Part shown: piece by piece, positions 17,115 to 25,825 of the stretch
How positions within the stretch are numbered: position 1 is the stretch's first letter
Layout: the number at the start of each line of letters is the position of its first letter
DNA from: Candidatus Woesebacteria bacterium UBA5941
GTDB taxonomy: Bacteria; Patescibacteriota; Microgenomatia; UBA8517
DNA length: 61,340 nucleotides
Direction: 5' to 3'
Assembly (NCBI GenBank): GCA_002430735.1
Contig: DJCV01000004.1
Span: 25,747-87,086 of the forward strand
The notes under the pieces: generated by a model
What the model was told of the DNA's origin: nothing
The model's input: the letters and a program-made list of their open reading frames with translations, nothing else
Databases searched by the model: none
Translations under genes and position numbers: made by a program

Positions 17115-17813
17115 ATGCCGGTAATTGATAAACTATTTGCAAAAATCCCACTCCTCAATACGCCTGATCAGCCAATTATTCGGCCGACTCAAGATGTTGT
17201 TCCAATTGCTGACATCGTAGATGACATTGTTTTGTACAAAGACGGAGGTGCAGCTTTGGTTCTTGAAACGTCTTCGCTCAACTTCGGACTTCTTTCAGAA
17301 CGAGAGCAAGAAGCAGTTATCGCTGCGTTTGCTGCACTTATTAACAGTTTGTCTTTTGCAGTACAAATAACTGTCCGAACACAGCGAAAAAACATTGGGA
17401 GCTACCTTGCATATCTTGATGGAAAGATTGAAGAAATGAAAAATCCAAAACTGAAAACACTCATGATTAACTACAAAACGTTTATTTCAGATACGATTCG
17501 AAAACGAAATGTGTTAGGAAAGAGATTTTTTATGGTCATTCCATTTTCTCCACTAGAACTTGGATTTTCAAAAGGAATGATTCCAGGGGTTAAACAACAG
17601 GTGATCCTCCCTTATACTGAGGACTACATTTTAAAGAAAGTTAAAACGACTCTTTATCCAAAACGAGACCATTTAATTAGACAGTGCGCACGACTCGGAC
17701 TTCGAGCAACACAAATGAGAAGAAATGAACTTATCCATCTGTATTACGATATTTATAATCCAGACGTTGAAGCGGTGAGAGAACAACCTGAAGCAAAAGA
17801 ACCAATAGAATGA
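17115..17813 (+). CDS. Hypothetical protein resembling a stand-alone VirB4 N-terminal domain
   Basis: VVPIADIVDDIVLYKDGGAALVLETSSLNFGLLSEREQEAVIAAFAALINSLSFAVQITVRT... parallels the N-domain of the following VirB4 (VIAPQDIEVNFDHIRVGNVYYRTLFVAGYPRFV...LDISFYLYPV). Overlaps virB4 by 4 nt. Confidence 0.45.
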   Translation: MPVIDKLFAKIPLLNTPDQPIIRPTQDVVPIADIVDDIVLYKDGGAALVLETSSLNFGLLSEREQEAVIAAFAALINSLSFAVQITVRTQRKNIGSYLAYLDGKIEEMKNPKLKTLMINYKTFISDTIRKRNVLGKRFFMVIPFSPLELGFSKGMIPGVKQQVILPYTEDYILKKVKTTLYPKRDHLIRQCARLGLRATQMRRNELIHLYYDIYNPDVEAVREQPEAKEPIE

Positions 17814-19735
17814 ACCCACAACAACCAACACAACCGGTAACAACACCCACACAAGTTCCTGTGCAAACACCACCTACACCAAAAGGTCCGACTGGCATGC
17901 CCAAAACGTCATTTGTTGAAGGCCAAAAACCGTTTATTACCGACCCTGTTGAAGCGTTAAAGCAAGACCCAACACTCACAATTAGTGATGTCATTGCACC
18001 ACAAGACATTGAGGTGAATTTTGATCATATTCGAGTTGGGAACGTATATTATCGAACACTTTTCGTTGCAGGATATCCTCGATTTGTCGTCCCGGGATGG
18101 CTTGAACCAGTGGTAAATTTTGATCACAGTTTAGACATTAGTTTCTACCTCTACCCTGTTGAAGGAAAAACAGTACTTGATGATTTGCGCCGCAAAATTA
18201 CTGAAATGGAAGCTGAAATGTCGACTGATATACAACGTGGAAGAATTGTAAATCCAGGCACAGAGGCAAAACTTGAGGACGCAAAAGTATTACAAGAGCA
18301 ACTCGTAAAAGGAATTGAACGGTTTTACCAATATAGCTTCTACATCACGATCCCTGCAGCGACCGAAGACGAACTGAATAATATTACAAAGCGTATTGAG
18401 TCGACTCTCGCCTCTGTTCTTATCATTGCAAAACACGCGACGCTTGATATGCAAAAAGGCTTCCTCAGCGCAGCTCCATTGGGACGTGACGTTTTAACCA
18501 TTACTCGCAACATGGATACAACCTCCCTTGCGACAACATTTCCGTTCACAACAGCAGAACTAAGCTCAGACACGGGAATTTTGTATGGAATTAACTCTCA
18601 AAATGACTCATTTATTATCTTTGACCGGTTTGGACTCGAAAACAGCAACATGACTGTTTTTGCGACCTCTGGTGCTGGAAAATCCTTCTTCGTGAAGCTT
18701 GAGAGCATTCGATCTCTCATGATGGGAGCAGAAATTATCGTCATTGACCCTGAAAACGAATATCGAACTATTACTGAAGCTGTTGGAGGAGAATACATTA
18801 GTTTTAGCTTTAGCTCTTCAAGCAAAATTAATCCTTTCGATTTGTCGCAAATTTATGAAAAAGGTGAAAACCAGCTTGGATTAAAAATATTGACTCTTCA
18901 CTCCCTCTTTAAAGTCATCATGGGCCAATTAAATGCGAGCCAAGAAGCGCTGCTTGATCGGGCACTCATCAACGCATATAGAGCAAAAGGTATTACCATG
19001 GATCCTGAAACACAGGATAAAGAACCACCACTTATCGAGGACTTATATAAAGCCTTGATTGGAATGGAAACAGCAGAAGCCATTGATCTTGCTTCTCGCA
19101 TCGAGAAGTATGTAAAGGGAAGCTATGTCGGTATTTTTGATCAACAAACAAACATTAATATCGAAAATCCATTTACAGTATTCTCAGTACGAGACATTCA
19201 AGACACTCTCCGTCCAATTGCCATGTTTATCATCCTTGACTATATTTGGACGAAGGTCAGAAAAGATATTAAAAAGAGACTGCTTGTTGTCGACGAGGCA
19301 TGGCACATGATGAGATATCCAGATACTGCTGCATTTTTGTGGTCAATCGTAAAGCGCGCACGTAAATACTACCTTGGGCTCACAACTATTACTCAAGACG
19401 TCGAAGACTTCTTGTCACAAGACATTGGTAAAGCGGTCGTTACCAATTCGGCAATGCGACTACTTCTGAAACAGTCCCCTGCTGCAATTGATCGAATTAC
19501 AGAAACGTTTTACCTCTCCCAAGGAGAAAAACAGTTATTACTCGCCGCAGGTGTCGGAGAAGGAATTTTGTTTGCAGGTCCACACCACGCGCCAATCAAA
19601 ATTGTCGCTTCTCCTGAGGAATACGCCTTTGTGACCACAAAGCCACAAGACTTGATGGACACTGGTAAATCAACAACGCAATTACAATCGGCAAGCCCAG
19701 CCGACGCTGCCGCAATAGCCGGACAAACCGGATAG
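17810..19735 (+). CDS. virB4: VirB4/TrsE-family T4SS ATPase
   Basis: Walker A FATSGAGKSFFVK (18662-18685) and Walker B RLLVVDEAWHMM (~19280). Also TTITQDVEDF, and a VirB4-type N-domain after a Pro/Thr-rich leader. Confidence 0.85.
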   Translation: MNPQQPTQPVTTPTQVPVQTPPTPKGPTGMPKTSFVEGQKPFITDPVEALKQDPTLTISDVIAPQDIEVNFDHIRVGNVYYRTLFVAGYPRFVVPGWLEPVVNFDHSLDISFYLYPVEGKTVLDDLRRKITEMEAEMSTDIQRGRIVNPGTEAKLEDAKVLQEQLVKGIERFYQYSFYITIPAATEDELNNITKRIESTLASVLIIAKHATLDMQKGFLSAAPLGRDVLTITRNMDTTSLATTFPFTTAELSSDTGILYGINSQNDSFIIFDRFGLENSNMTVFATSGAGKSFFVKLESIRSLMMGAEIIVIDPENEYRTITEAVGGEYISFSFSSSSKINPFDLSQIYEKGENQLGLKILTLHSLFKVIMGQLNASQEALLDRALINAYRAKGITMDPETQDKEPPLIEDLYKALIGMETAEAIDLASRIEKYVKGSYVGIFDQQTNINIENPFTVFSVRDIQDTLRPIAMFIILDYIWTKVRKDIKKRLLVVDEAWHMMRYPDTAAFLWSIVKRARKYYLGLTTITQDVEDFLSQDIGKAVVTNSAMRLLLKQSPAAIDRITETFYLSQGEKQLLLAAGVGEGILFAGPHHAPIKIVASPEEYAFVTTKPQDLMDTGKSTTQLQSASPADAAAIAGQTG

Positions 19736-19748
19736 TTTACAATTATTT

Positions 19749-21956
19749 ATGGCAGAGTCACGAGAAAAATATTTAGCAAGACAATTATCAGAAGCTGTTA
19801 AAAAAATAGGGACTGATCGGAGGCTTCATCCTGAAAAAGCAGAGCGAGCACCGGAATATATTGAAAAGGCGTATTCAGATATATATCTTCATTCACAAAA
19901 GTTTCTTTCTGAATCAGATGTTATGGAATTACGAAACCCTGACAGCCCTTACCGCTTCTCAATTGCCATGCGAGCGCTCGAAAAAGCCGCTGCAAAAAAA
20001 CCTGCTGGAACTACAAAGAAGCCCATTTCTCAAGGACAAACTGCACGAAATATCCACAAACTCTTAACAGAGGCAGATGAACGCGGACTCAGTAAAGATG
20101 ACCAGAAGAAAATTATTGAATCGACATTCCTCATTAGCGGAGCATCTGATGCATTAAATCCCGATGAAGTAAATGCCGATGAATTAAGAAACGAAATTCT
20201 AGAGCGAAAGGCGCAAGCAGCACTTATTCAAATTAAAGCAGAGAATAACAATAATGACACCGTCGCCGAACTATTTACAAAACAGCGACAGAAAATACTA
20301 GAAGTTGGGGTTTCTGATCAAGAGCTTGATGATGAATTATTCGAGGTGCAGAAGCAAAAAACAATTGCGCATGTCACTGAGATTGCTAACAACAAAGAAG
20401 TTGCAGGGAGATACTCCAACAGCTTAGGTGAGCTTTACGCTTTGGAGATGGGCATTTCTTCTTTAGCTGCAGGTGGAACCGCGCTTACTGCTGAACAAAA
20501 GGCTCGCATATTAGCAGGGATTGGTGAGAATTCTGCCACAGTAGGTGCATTAATGAAAAATGGTCAGGGCGTACAATTTTTAAGAAACCCTTCTGGATAC
20601 CTCGCCTCACGTGCAGGAAATCAAGTTGCACAAAGAGTGACTGCTCGAATAACTAGTGTTGCCGCTGGCCGCCTCGCTGGTACCGCATTAGGAACAGCAC
20701 TTGGATCAGTCGCCCCTGTCATAGGGAATGTTGTTGGATCATTTGTTGGTAATGTAATGGGAAAGTACATAGGTGGCGCAATTCGTGGCGCAGTGTCTAT
20801 TGGACGAAAAAGTGCAATGGCAGCAGCAGGCGCTTTCGTTGTAATTGGAGGTGCATTTGCACATGGGATGGCGGTAGCGGCAAGTGCAGGAAGCTTGTCT
20901 GCAATTATCCTTGTTCCAATTGTTGCGGTAATTATGCTTATTATTAATTCAGGAGGGTATATTGTTCCCCCATCTGCAAACCTTGATGGTTCAAGTTCTG
21001 ACACTGATATCTTTACTGAAGGAGGAACAACTGAAAACCAATACTTAACTGTTATAAAAAGGGCAAACCCTGCGGGTCCATTCCAAAACAGTGCGCTCCC
21101 AACATCTATTACTTACACGATTGAAGTTAGGGCGAAAAGACCAGGTATTACCAATCTCAACTTTACCTACAGCTGTTCTGCTATTGCCGCAGCTGGAAAC
21201 ATTAACTGTCCGCCAAACCCAACAATCCCCGCAGCACCAGAAACTCTTGAGCAGGGAACTCCTTTTACGTTTGAATATACACAAAACTACTCGACGGCAT
21301 TTAGAGACTCTGTTGTTATGGATAGTTTCACCGTTTCCGGCAGTGCAGGAGGTACTCCAACAGGAGATGCCGTTGGATTTGCTTCAGTTATCTTTGGAAA
21401 ACCACCAACTCGTTGTTTTGTCTTTGGAAGCAGCTTAAACCCAATTACTGAAATTCCTCCACTTATTGCCGCGATTGGTCAAATGAATAGAGAGTCTCGC
21501 TTTATGGATACACTCTGCGCACGCGTTCCAACAATTACGATTGAGCGTGGAACTGAAAACGTATCATACGGAGGTCGCACTGTATTCCCTCGCATTTATC
21601 TATTCACACCAGCTTTCAGTAACGGATTACGCAGCGTGTTTTACACCCTTACGCATGAAACAGGCCACATTTTTGCCAACGCGCAAACTTCCCAGACAGT
21701 GTTTAAAGAATTTATCGAGCTTCCCTTCCCAACATCAAGTAGTGGGTACATTTGTACTTATCCATCAAGCGCCAGAGCATATAACGATGACAATAGAGGA
21801 AAGGAAAACTTTGCTGAAAGTATCGCATTGTACTTTTTGCGCAACAGTTTAAGTAGTAGTGGTGTTAACTTTACCTGTATGGACGCTCTTGGTGGCTCTT
21901 TTGATGTAGCCTATCCGAACTACTATAATTTTATGAGAGATAAGATATTTAATTAA
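19749..21956 (+). CDS. Membrane protein with cytoplasmic coiled N-region, glycine-zipper TM block and extracellular HExxH (zincin-like) domain
   Basis: Gly/Ala-rich hydrophobic block AGRLAGTALGTALGSVAPVIGNVVGSFVGNVMGKYIGGAIRG...ILVPIVAVIMLIINSGG. HETGH at 21654-21668 in the context FYTLTHETGHIF. Confidence 0.55.
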   Translation: MAESREKYLARQLSEAVKKIGTDRRLHPEKAERAPEYIEKAYSDIYLHSQKFLSESDVMELRNPDSPYRFSIAMRALEKAAAKKPAGTTKKPISQGQTARNIHKLLTEADERGLSKDDQKKIIESTFLISGASDALNPDEVNADELRNEILERKAQAALIQIKAENNNNDTVAELFTKQRQKILEVGVSDQELDDELFEVQKQKTIAHVTEIANNKEVAGRYSNSLGELYALEMGISSLAAGGTALTAEQKARILAGIGENSATVGALMKNGQGVQFLRNPSGYLASRAGNQVAQRVTARITSVAAGRLAGTALGTALGSVAPVIGNVVGSFVGNVMGKYIGGAIRGAVSIGRKSAMAAAGAFVVIGGAFAHGMAVAASAGSLSAIILVPIVAVIMLIINSGGYIVPPSANLDGSSSDTDIFTEGGTTENQYLTVIKRANPAGPFQNSALPTSITYTIEVRAKRPGITNLNFTYSCSAIAAAGNINCPPNPTIPAAPETLEQGTPFTFEYTQNYSTAFRDSVVMDSFTVSGSAGGTPTGDAVGFASVIFGKPPTRCFVFGSSLNPITEIPPLIAAIGQMNRESRFMDTLCARVPTITIERGTENVSYGGRTVFPRIYLFTPAFSNGLRSVFYTLTHETGHIFANAQTSQTVFKEFIELPFPTSSSGYICTYPSSARAYNDDNRGKENFAESIALYFLRNSLSSSGVNFTCMDALGGSFDVAYPNYYNFMRDKIFN

Positions 21957-21959
21957 CCA

Positions 21960-22532
21960 ATGCTTGAAACAATTAAAAAATATAAAAAGCCAATTCTGTT
22001 TATTATTCTCACGATGATTATTGTTGCCCTTGGATTACTGACGAGACAAACACGAACAGTGAACGATGCGGCAAACGCAACTCCTGCCCCTACCCCCGTT
22101 GTTGAAGCTCAAGGCGAATGGGGAAGACTTGGTGACATTGTCACAAAACTAGGAGAGCCGCTAAACAGAAAGAGTGATCGGGTTAAAAATGGCGTGTATT
22201 ACTACGAATCAGGGAATGCCAATAAGAAAACACAAGTCGTCTTTAGAGATAATGTTGCAGTTATGATGAAAGAGATCATTTCTTCTAAAGACACAAGAAC
22301 TGCAGTAAGCATTACAAAAACACTGGGTGACGAGGAGCTCATTCTTTATGGAGAACTCTCAGAACTCGGATATCATCTCTATGCCTATCCGAGTAAAGGT
22401 GTTGCGTATGTGGGTGACAAACAAAGCGGAAGCTTGATGGAGATTTGGTACTTCTCTCCAATGTCTAAAGAGGAGTTTGATCAATCTTTGGCGAGTGACT
22501 ATAGCACAGCGCCCGAGCTTGATGGCTATTAA
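21960..22532 (+). CDS. Hypothetical N-terminally anchored membrane protein of the T4SS-like operon
   Basis: Single TM PILFIILTMIIVALGLL, then a ~150-aa soluble domain. Tightly packed between two operon genes. Confidence 0.5.
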   Translation: MLETIKKYKKPILFIILTMIIVALGLLTRQTRTVNDAANATPAPTPVVEAQGEWGRLGDIVTKLGEPLNRKSDRVKNGVYYYESGNANKKTQVVFRDNVAVMMKEIISSKDTRTAVSITKTLGDEELILYGELSELGYHLYAYPSKGVAYVGDKQSGSLMEIWYFSPMSKEEFDQSLASDYSTAPELDGY

Positions 22533-22535
22533 TAT

Positions 22536-25500
22536 ATGAAAAAAGCAATACTGTTCAGTTTCTTTATCTTTTTCTCTTTCTTTGCAGGACAAATCACGAG
22601 TTCTGCTCTCACGATTAAAGCCCAAACACCACCAGAACAATCTGGTGACTTTGCAGCTTGTGTTGGTGCAGCGCTCGCCAAGTACTTTCAAGATGTATTA
22701 GTTGGTACACGCGGCTTGGACAAAATAAAGATTTTATCTCCTGCTTTTAACTTAACCAACCCGATTGAATTCGATATGTTTTATGTCATGAAATCCGGGC
22801 CAAATGGTGAATTTTTCAAACCTCAAAATTACGGGAACTTCTTTGGATTTGCAGGCAACACTTATTCAATTGGTGGTGTCAAAGCATACGATTGGTTCGC
22901 TTCACCTGAAATAACAGGACGCAACTGGAAAGGTGAAACAGTTGGTGCATATGCCGGAACTCAAATGATATTCACCGAGTTTGGGGATTTTGATACATTC
23001 GGCGATGGCGCAGGCCTTGGAGTTCCTGGTTCAGCTCGAGGAACCATTATCGGAAATTTAGCAACTGAATACGGACGGAGTTCAAATGATGGGTCAATTG
23101 CTGCAATTAACTTCTTTGCCGCGATGCAAAGCTACAGCAATCCAGAATTCCGCGGCCACAATTTAACGAATAGTGAAATCGGGCAGGTCGTCGGGGCAGG
23201 GTCAGCAGCCAAAGCAGGTCAAAACCCTGGGTTGTTCGTTGCAGGAGAATCACTTCCACAGGCGGTGCAATCAAATGGATTGCCGAATGGATGGGTGCTA
23301 GATATTGTCGGCGGACCGGGAGACCTCGACTCTGCAACAAGATTTGTAAATACTGCTCACAGCCTCGGATACAACCCAATTCTTCGCACTTGTGTTGGTA
23401 ATAAATGCGGATTTGCAGAACCTTCTATCTACGTTTCATTCCTGCGTTCATTGAATGCGGTAATCACAGGTCCAGTATGGGTTATTGCTGGGCCAAACGA
23501 GCCTGCAACCGAACACTGGGCAGCTCCCGCCTGTGCACCCGAAGGAAAGAAGTTTGAGCTTGATGAGGTTCCTTGTAATGCAACACAGGAGCCTGAGTTT
23601 CACTCGCTTCGTCCATACCCAACGAATCCCTGCAATAAACAAGTTGAGCAAGCTTACTATATGTGTGGACAAGATTTAGTAGTAAAGGACACCTATGAAT
23701 TTCAAGACGGTGGTGGCCAGTGTGAAGACTTACCCGGTGGCGGTCGCCGATGTAGATACACAATCGAAGGGCAAACTTCGCAAGTATCCCTGGGTCTTTT
23801 GAACGCAAATCTTCCAATCCTCGGAAATACTGAAGGTGTACCAAACAGCACAAATAGTGAACTCCCAGAAGAATCTCGTAGCACCATTGATTTCAAGCAA
23901 CGAGTAAACGAATACGTAAGCTGGTACTTAAATGGAATCCCGTACCGCGCAGAAGAAAAAACAGACTCTATTCAAAACCAAGTGATTGGTGAAATGAACA
24001 TCTATGACAAAATTATTAATCTTGCTGGTCCACTAAAGAAACTGCTCCCTCGGCCGATTCAAACTGCGGAGCGCTCTAATGAAAAAGATCGGATTGGAAT
24101 AGAAGGAGAGATCGGAAGGCACAATCAGATTGCAGAATGTGGTACACCAAATGCACCTGAACAATGCTACACAGACTCAAACCAATACCAGAGAATTACA
24201 AACCTCGTACAAGCAGGACCTAACACGCGAGGATTCCCCTATTTACCATTCTCCTCAACAGAAGACCGTTTAGGGCTCGCAACCTCAGGTTTGCGGTTTG
24301 GAGCGCCATCCTGTGCTGATGGAAACCCAAATGCTGACGACATTGAAAGCGGCATTACCTGTATTGATTATGAATCTGAAAACACCAGTAAAGAACTGTA
24401 TTTTGCACACGTTGATGAGAGTAACGAATTGGGCCGCATGCTACAAAACACATATAAACCATTTTCAGTGAACGATGCGGGGACGGCTCCGAAGGAAGGC
24501 CTCGCTGAATTAATTGATACTCCCTATTGCGAACTTATTGAAGCGAGAACCAACCCGGGTGACAAGCTCTATGGAGAACTCGTTCGACCAGGCGACACAG
24601 AAACGAAACCAATTTCAGGCACACTCACCTATTCTGCAAACTTCACGTGTGATTTCCCTTCACCTGACCCAGAGCAAGTGGCGCTTTGTATGACTGGCTG
24701 TGAAGATTTACCAGCAGATGCACAGGCCCAGTGTGAACTTGATTGTAATAACACCAGTAACACCTGTCTTCGAGAAGTGTTCGTTCCGTTTAGTGTTACC
24801 GTAACAAGCCCAGGGTTTGAAAATATTTGGGAACGGTTTGTTGCAGGAAGCATGTCTATCGTAAAACGAATTTTCCCACTCGTTGGTCCGAATGCGCCGA
24901 TTGTGAAATTAGAAGATATTCCTGGCAAATCAGGTGCGACATATCGATCCCAGGTCATTTCTGGTAACCCAGAACTCTTAACCAGTGAGGCTCTTGCCGG
25001 GGATCCTAATAAAAATCGTCCTGGCGTAACTGCTGAAATATATTTCCCTCACTTGGGAAGCGTTTATGATTACTTCTTAAAGGGCATTCAAACAGCACTC
25101 CGACCATATGGAATCAAGGAAGAAGACACAGGACAAGTAATTCCGCCTGCAGTTTGTACTATTGAGAATGCAAATTTCAGGTCCCAAGCACTGCTCAACA
25201 TTATTTCTCAAGCAGCAAAATGGGCTCGTATTCCCGTCGAACTCTTAACCATGGTCGTTGAAAAAGAAGGATGTGGGTATTTCGGTTCACCAAACGGCAT
25301 TTGTGGATTGAGCGATGGTGAAGTTGAACAGTACAGTGCTCCAGGTGCTCAATACCCACGAAACTGTGTGCAAGGTATTAGTCGGGCAAGCGGTCCAATG
25401 CAGATCATTAACGGCATTTTCAACAACTGGAGTACTGCAGTAAATCAAGGTACCGGAGACACGCGAACACCAAATAACTGTAATATCAAAGATTCTATTT

Positions 25501-25811
25501 TTGCAGCCGCGTGGATTTTGTCCGCAGGATATCCACCGAATCTCCTTACCCCACAGCCTGGATATAACGTTGTTAATAGCCCTGAACCTGGATCATGGAC
25601 CATGACAGACATGCAAAGAGCAATTTCAAAGTGGGTAAACGGGTATTTGGATAACACGAGCCAAATTTGTGAGACACGACCAGCACTTCTCCCCGCAGCA
25701 GCTTGCTTTACAGAATCATACTGTGCGCAACTCTTAAGACATAACAACACAATTAAGACTGACTGCAACGCGAAACCAAGTGGAAGTGGTGTCGATATTC
25801 CGTCCTGTTAA
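22536..25811 (+). CDS. Large secreted Cys-rich protein with C-terminal lytic-transglycosylase (SLT/VirB1-like) domain
   Basis: Signal peptide MKKAILFSFFIFFSFFAGQITSSALTIKAQ. The C-terminal region reads AAKWARIPVELLTMVVEKEGCGYF...SRASGPMQIINGIFNNW...IKDSIFAAAWIL. This fits the SLT layout: catalytic Glu (25260-25268), then G.MQI (25392-25406), then a hydrophobic helix. Confidence 0.6.
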   Translation: MKKAILFSFFIFFSFFAGQITSSALTIKAQTPPEQSGDFAACVGAALAKYFQDVLVGTRGLDKIKILSPAFNLTNPIEFDMFYVMKSGPNGEFFKPQNYGNFFGFAGNTYSIGGVKAYDWFASPEITGRNWKGETVGAYAGTQMIFTEFGDFDTFGDGAGLGVPGSARGTIIGNLATEYGRSSNDGSIAAINFFAAMQSYSNPEFRGHNLTNSEIGQVVGAGSAAKAGQNPGLFVAGESLPQAVQSNGLPNGWVLDIVGGPGDLDSATRFVNTAHSLGYNPILRTCVGNKCGFAEPSIYVSFLRSLNAVITGPVWVIAGPNEPATEHWAAPACAPEGKKFELDEVPCNATQEPEFHSLRPYPTNPCNKQVEQAYYMCGQDLVVKDTYEFQDGGGQCEDLPGGGRRCRYTIEGQTSQVSLGLLNANLPILGNTEGVPNSTNSELPEESRSTIDFKQRVNEYVSWYLNGIPYRAEEKTDSIQNQVIGEMNIYDKIINLAGPLKKLLPRPIQTAERSNEKDRIGIEGEIGRHNQIAECGTPNAPEQCYTDSNQYQRITNLVQAGPNTRGFPYLPFSSTEDRLGLATSGLRFGAPSCADGNPNADDIESGITCIDYESENTSKELYFAHVDESNELGRMLQNTYKPFSVNDAGTAPKEGLAELIDTPYCELIEARTNPGDKLYGELVRPGDTETKPISGTLTYSANFTCDFPSPDPEQVALCMTGCEDLPADAQAQCELDCNNTSNTCLREVFVPFSVTVTSPGFENIWERFVAGSMSIVKRIFPLVGPNAPIVKLEDIPGKSGATYRSQVISGNPELLTSEALAGDPNKNRPGVTAEIYFPHLGSVYDYFLKGIQTALRPYGIKEEDTGQVIPPAVCTIENANFRSQALLNIISQAAKWARIPVELLTMVVEKEGCGYFGSPNGICGLSDGEVEQYSAPGAQYPRNCVQGISRASGPMQIINGIFNNWSTAVNQGTGDTRTPNNCNIKDSIFAAAWILSAGYPPNLLTPQPGYNVVNSPEPGSWTMTDMQRAISKWVNGYLDNTSQICETRPALLPAAACFTESYCAQLLRHNNTIKTDCNAKPSGSGVDIPSC

Positions 25812-25825
25812 ATAATACTTCTAGA

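Noticed and set aside
22536-24500. Possible clan GH-A glycoside hydrolase motifs (FTEFG near residue 145, GPNEP near residue 320) in the 1091-aa secreted protein
   Set aside because: In GH-A enzymes the NEP acid/base motif precedes the nucleophile Glu. Here the order is reversed and the PROSITE-style GH5 pattern does not fit. It is treated as coincidental.
1791-25811. Interpretation of the T4SS-like block as an integrative conjugative element or plasmid remnant
   Set aside because: No integrase, recombinase, relaxase, coupling protein, oriT-like repeat, flanking tRNA or direct repeats are visible. The block abuts dnaN/oriC and is transcribed largely co-directionally. This cannot be fully excluded without the whole genome.
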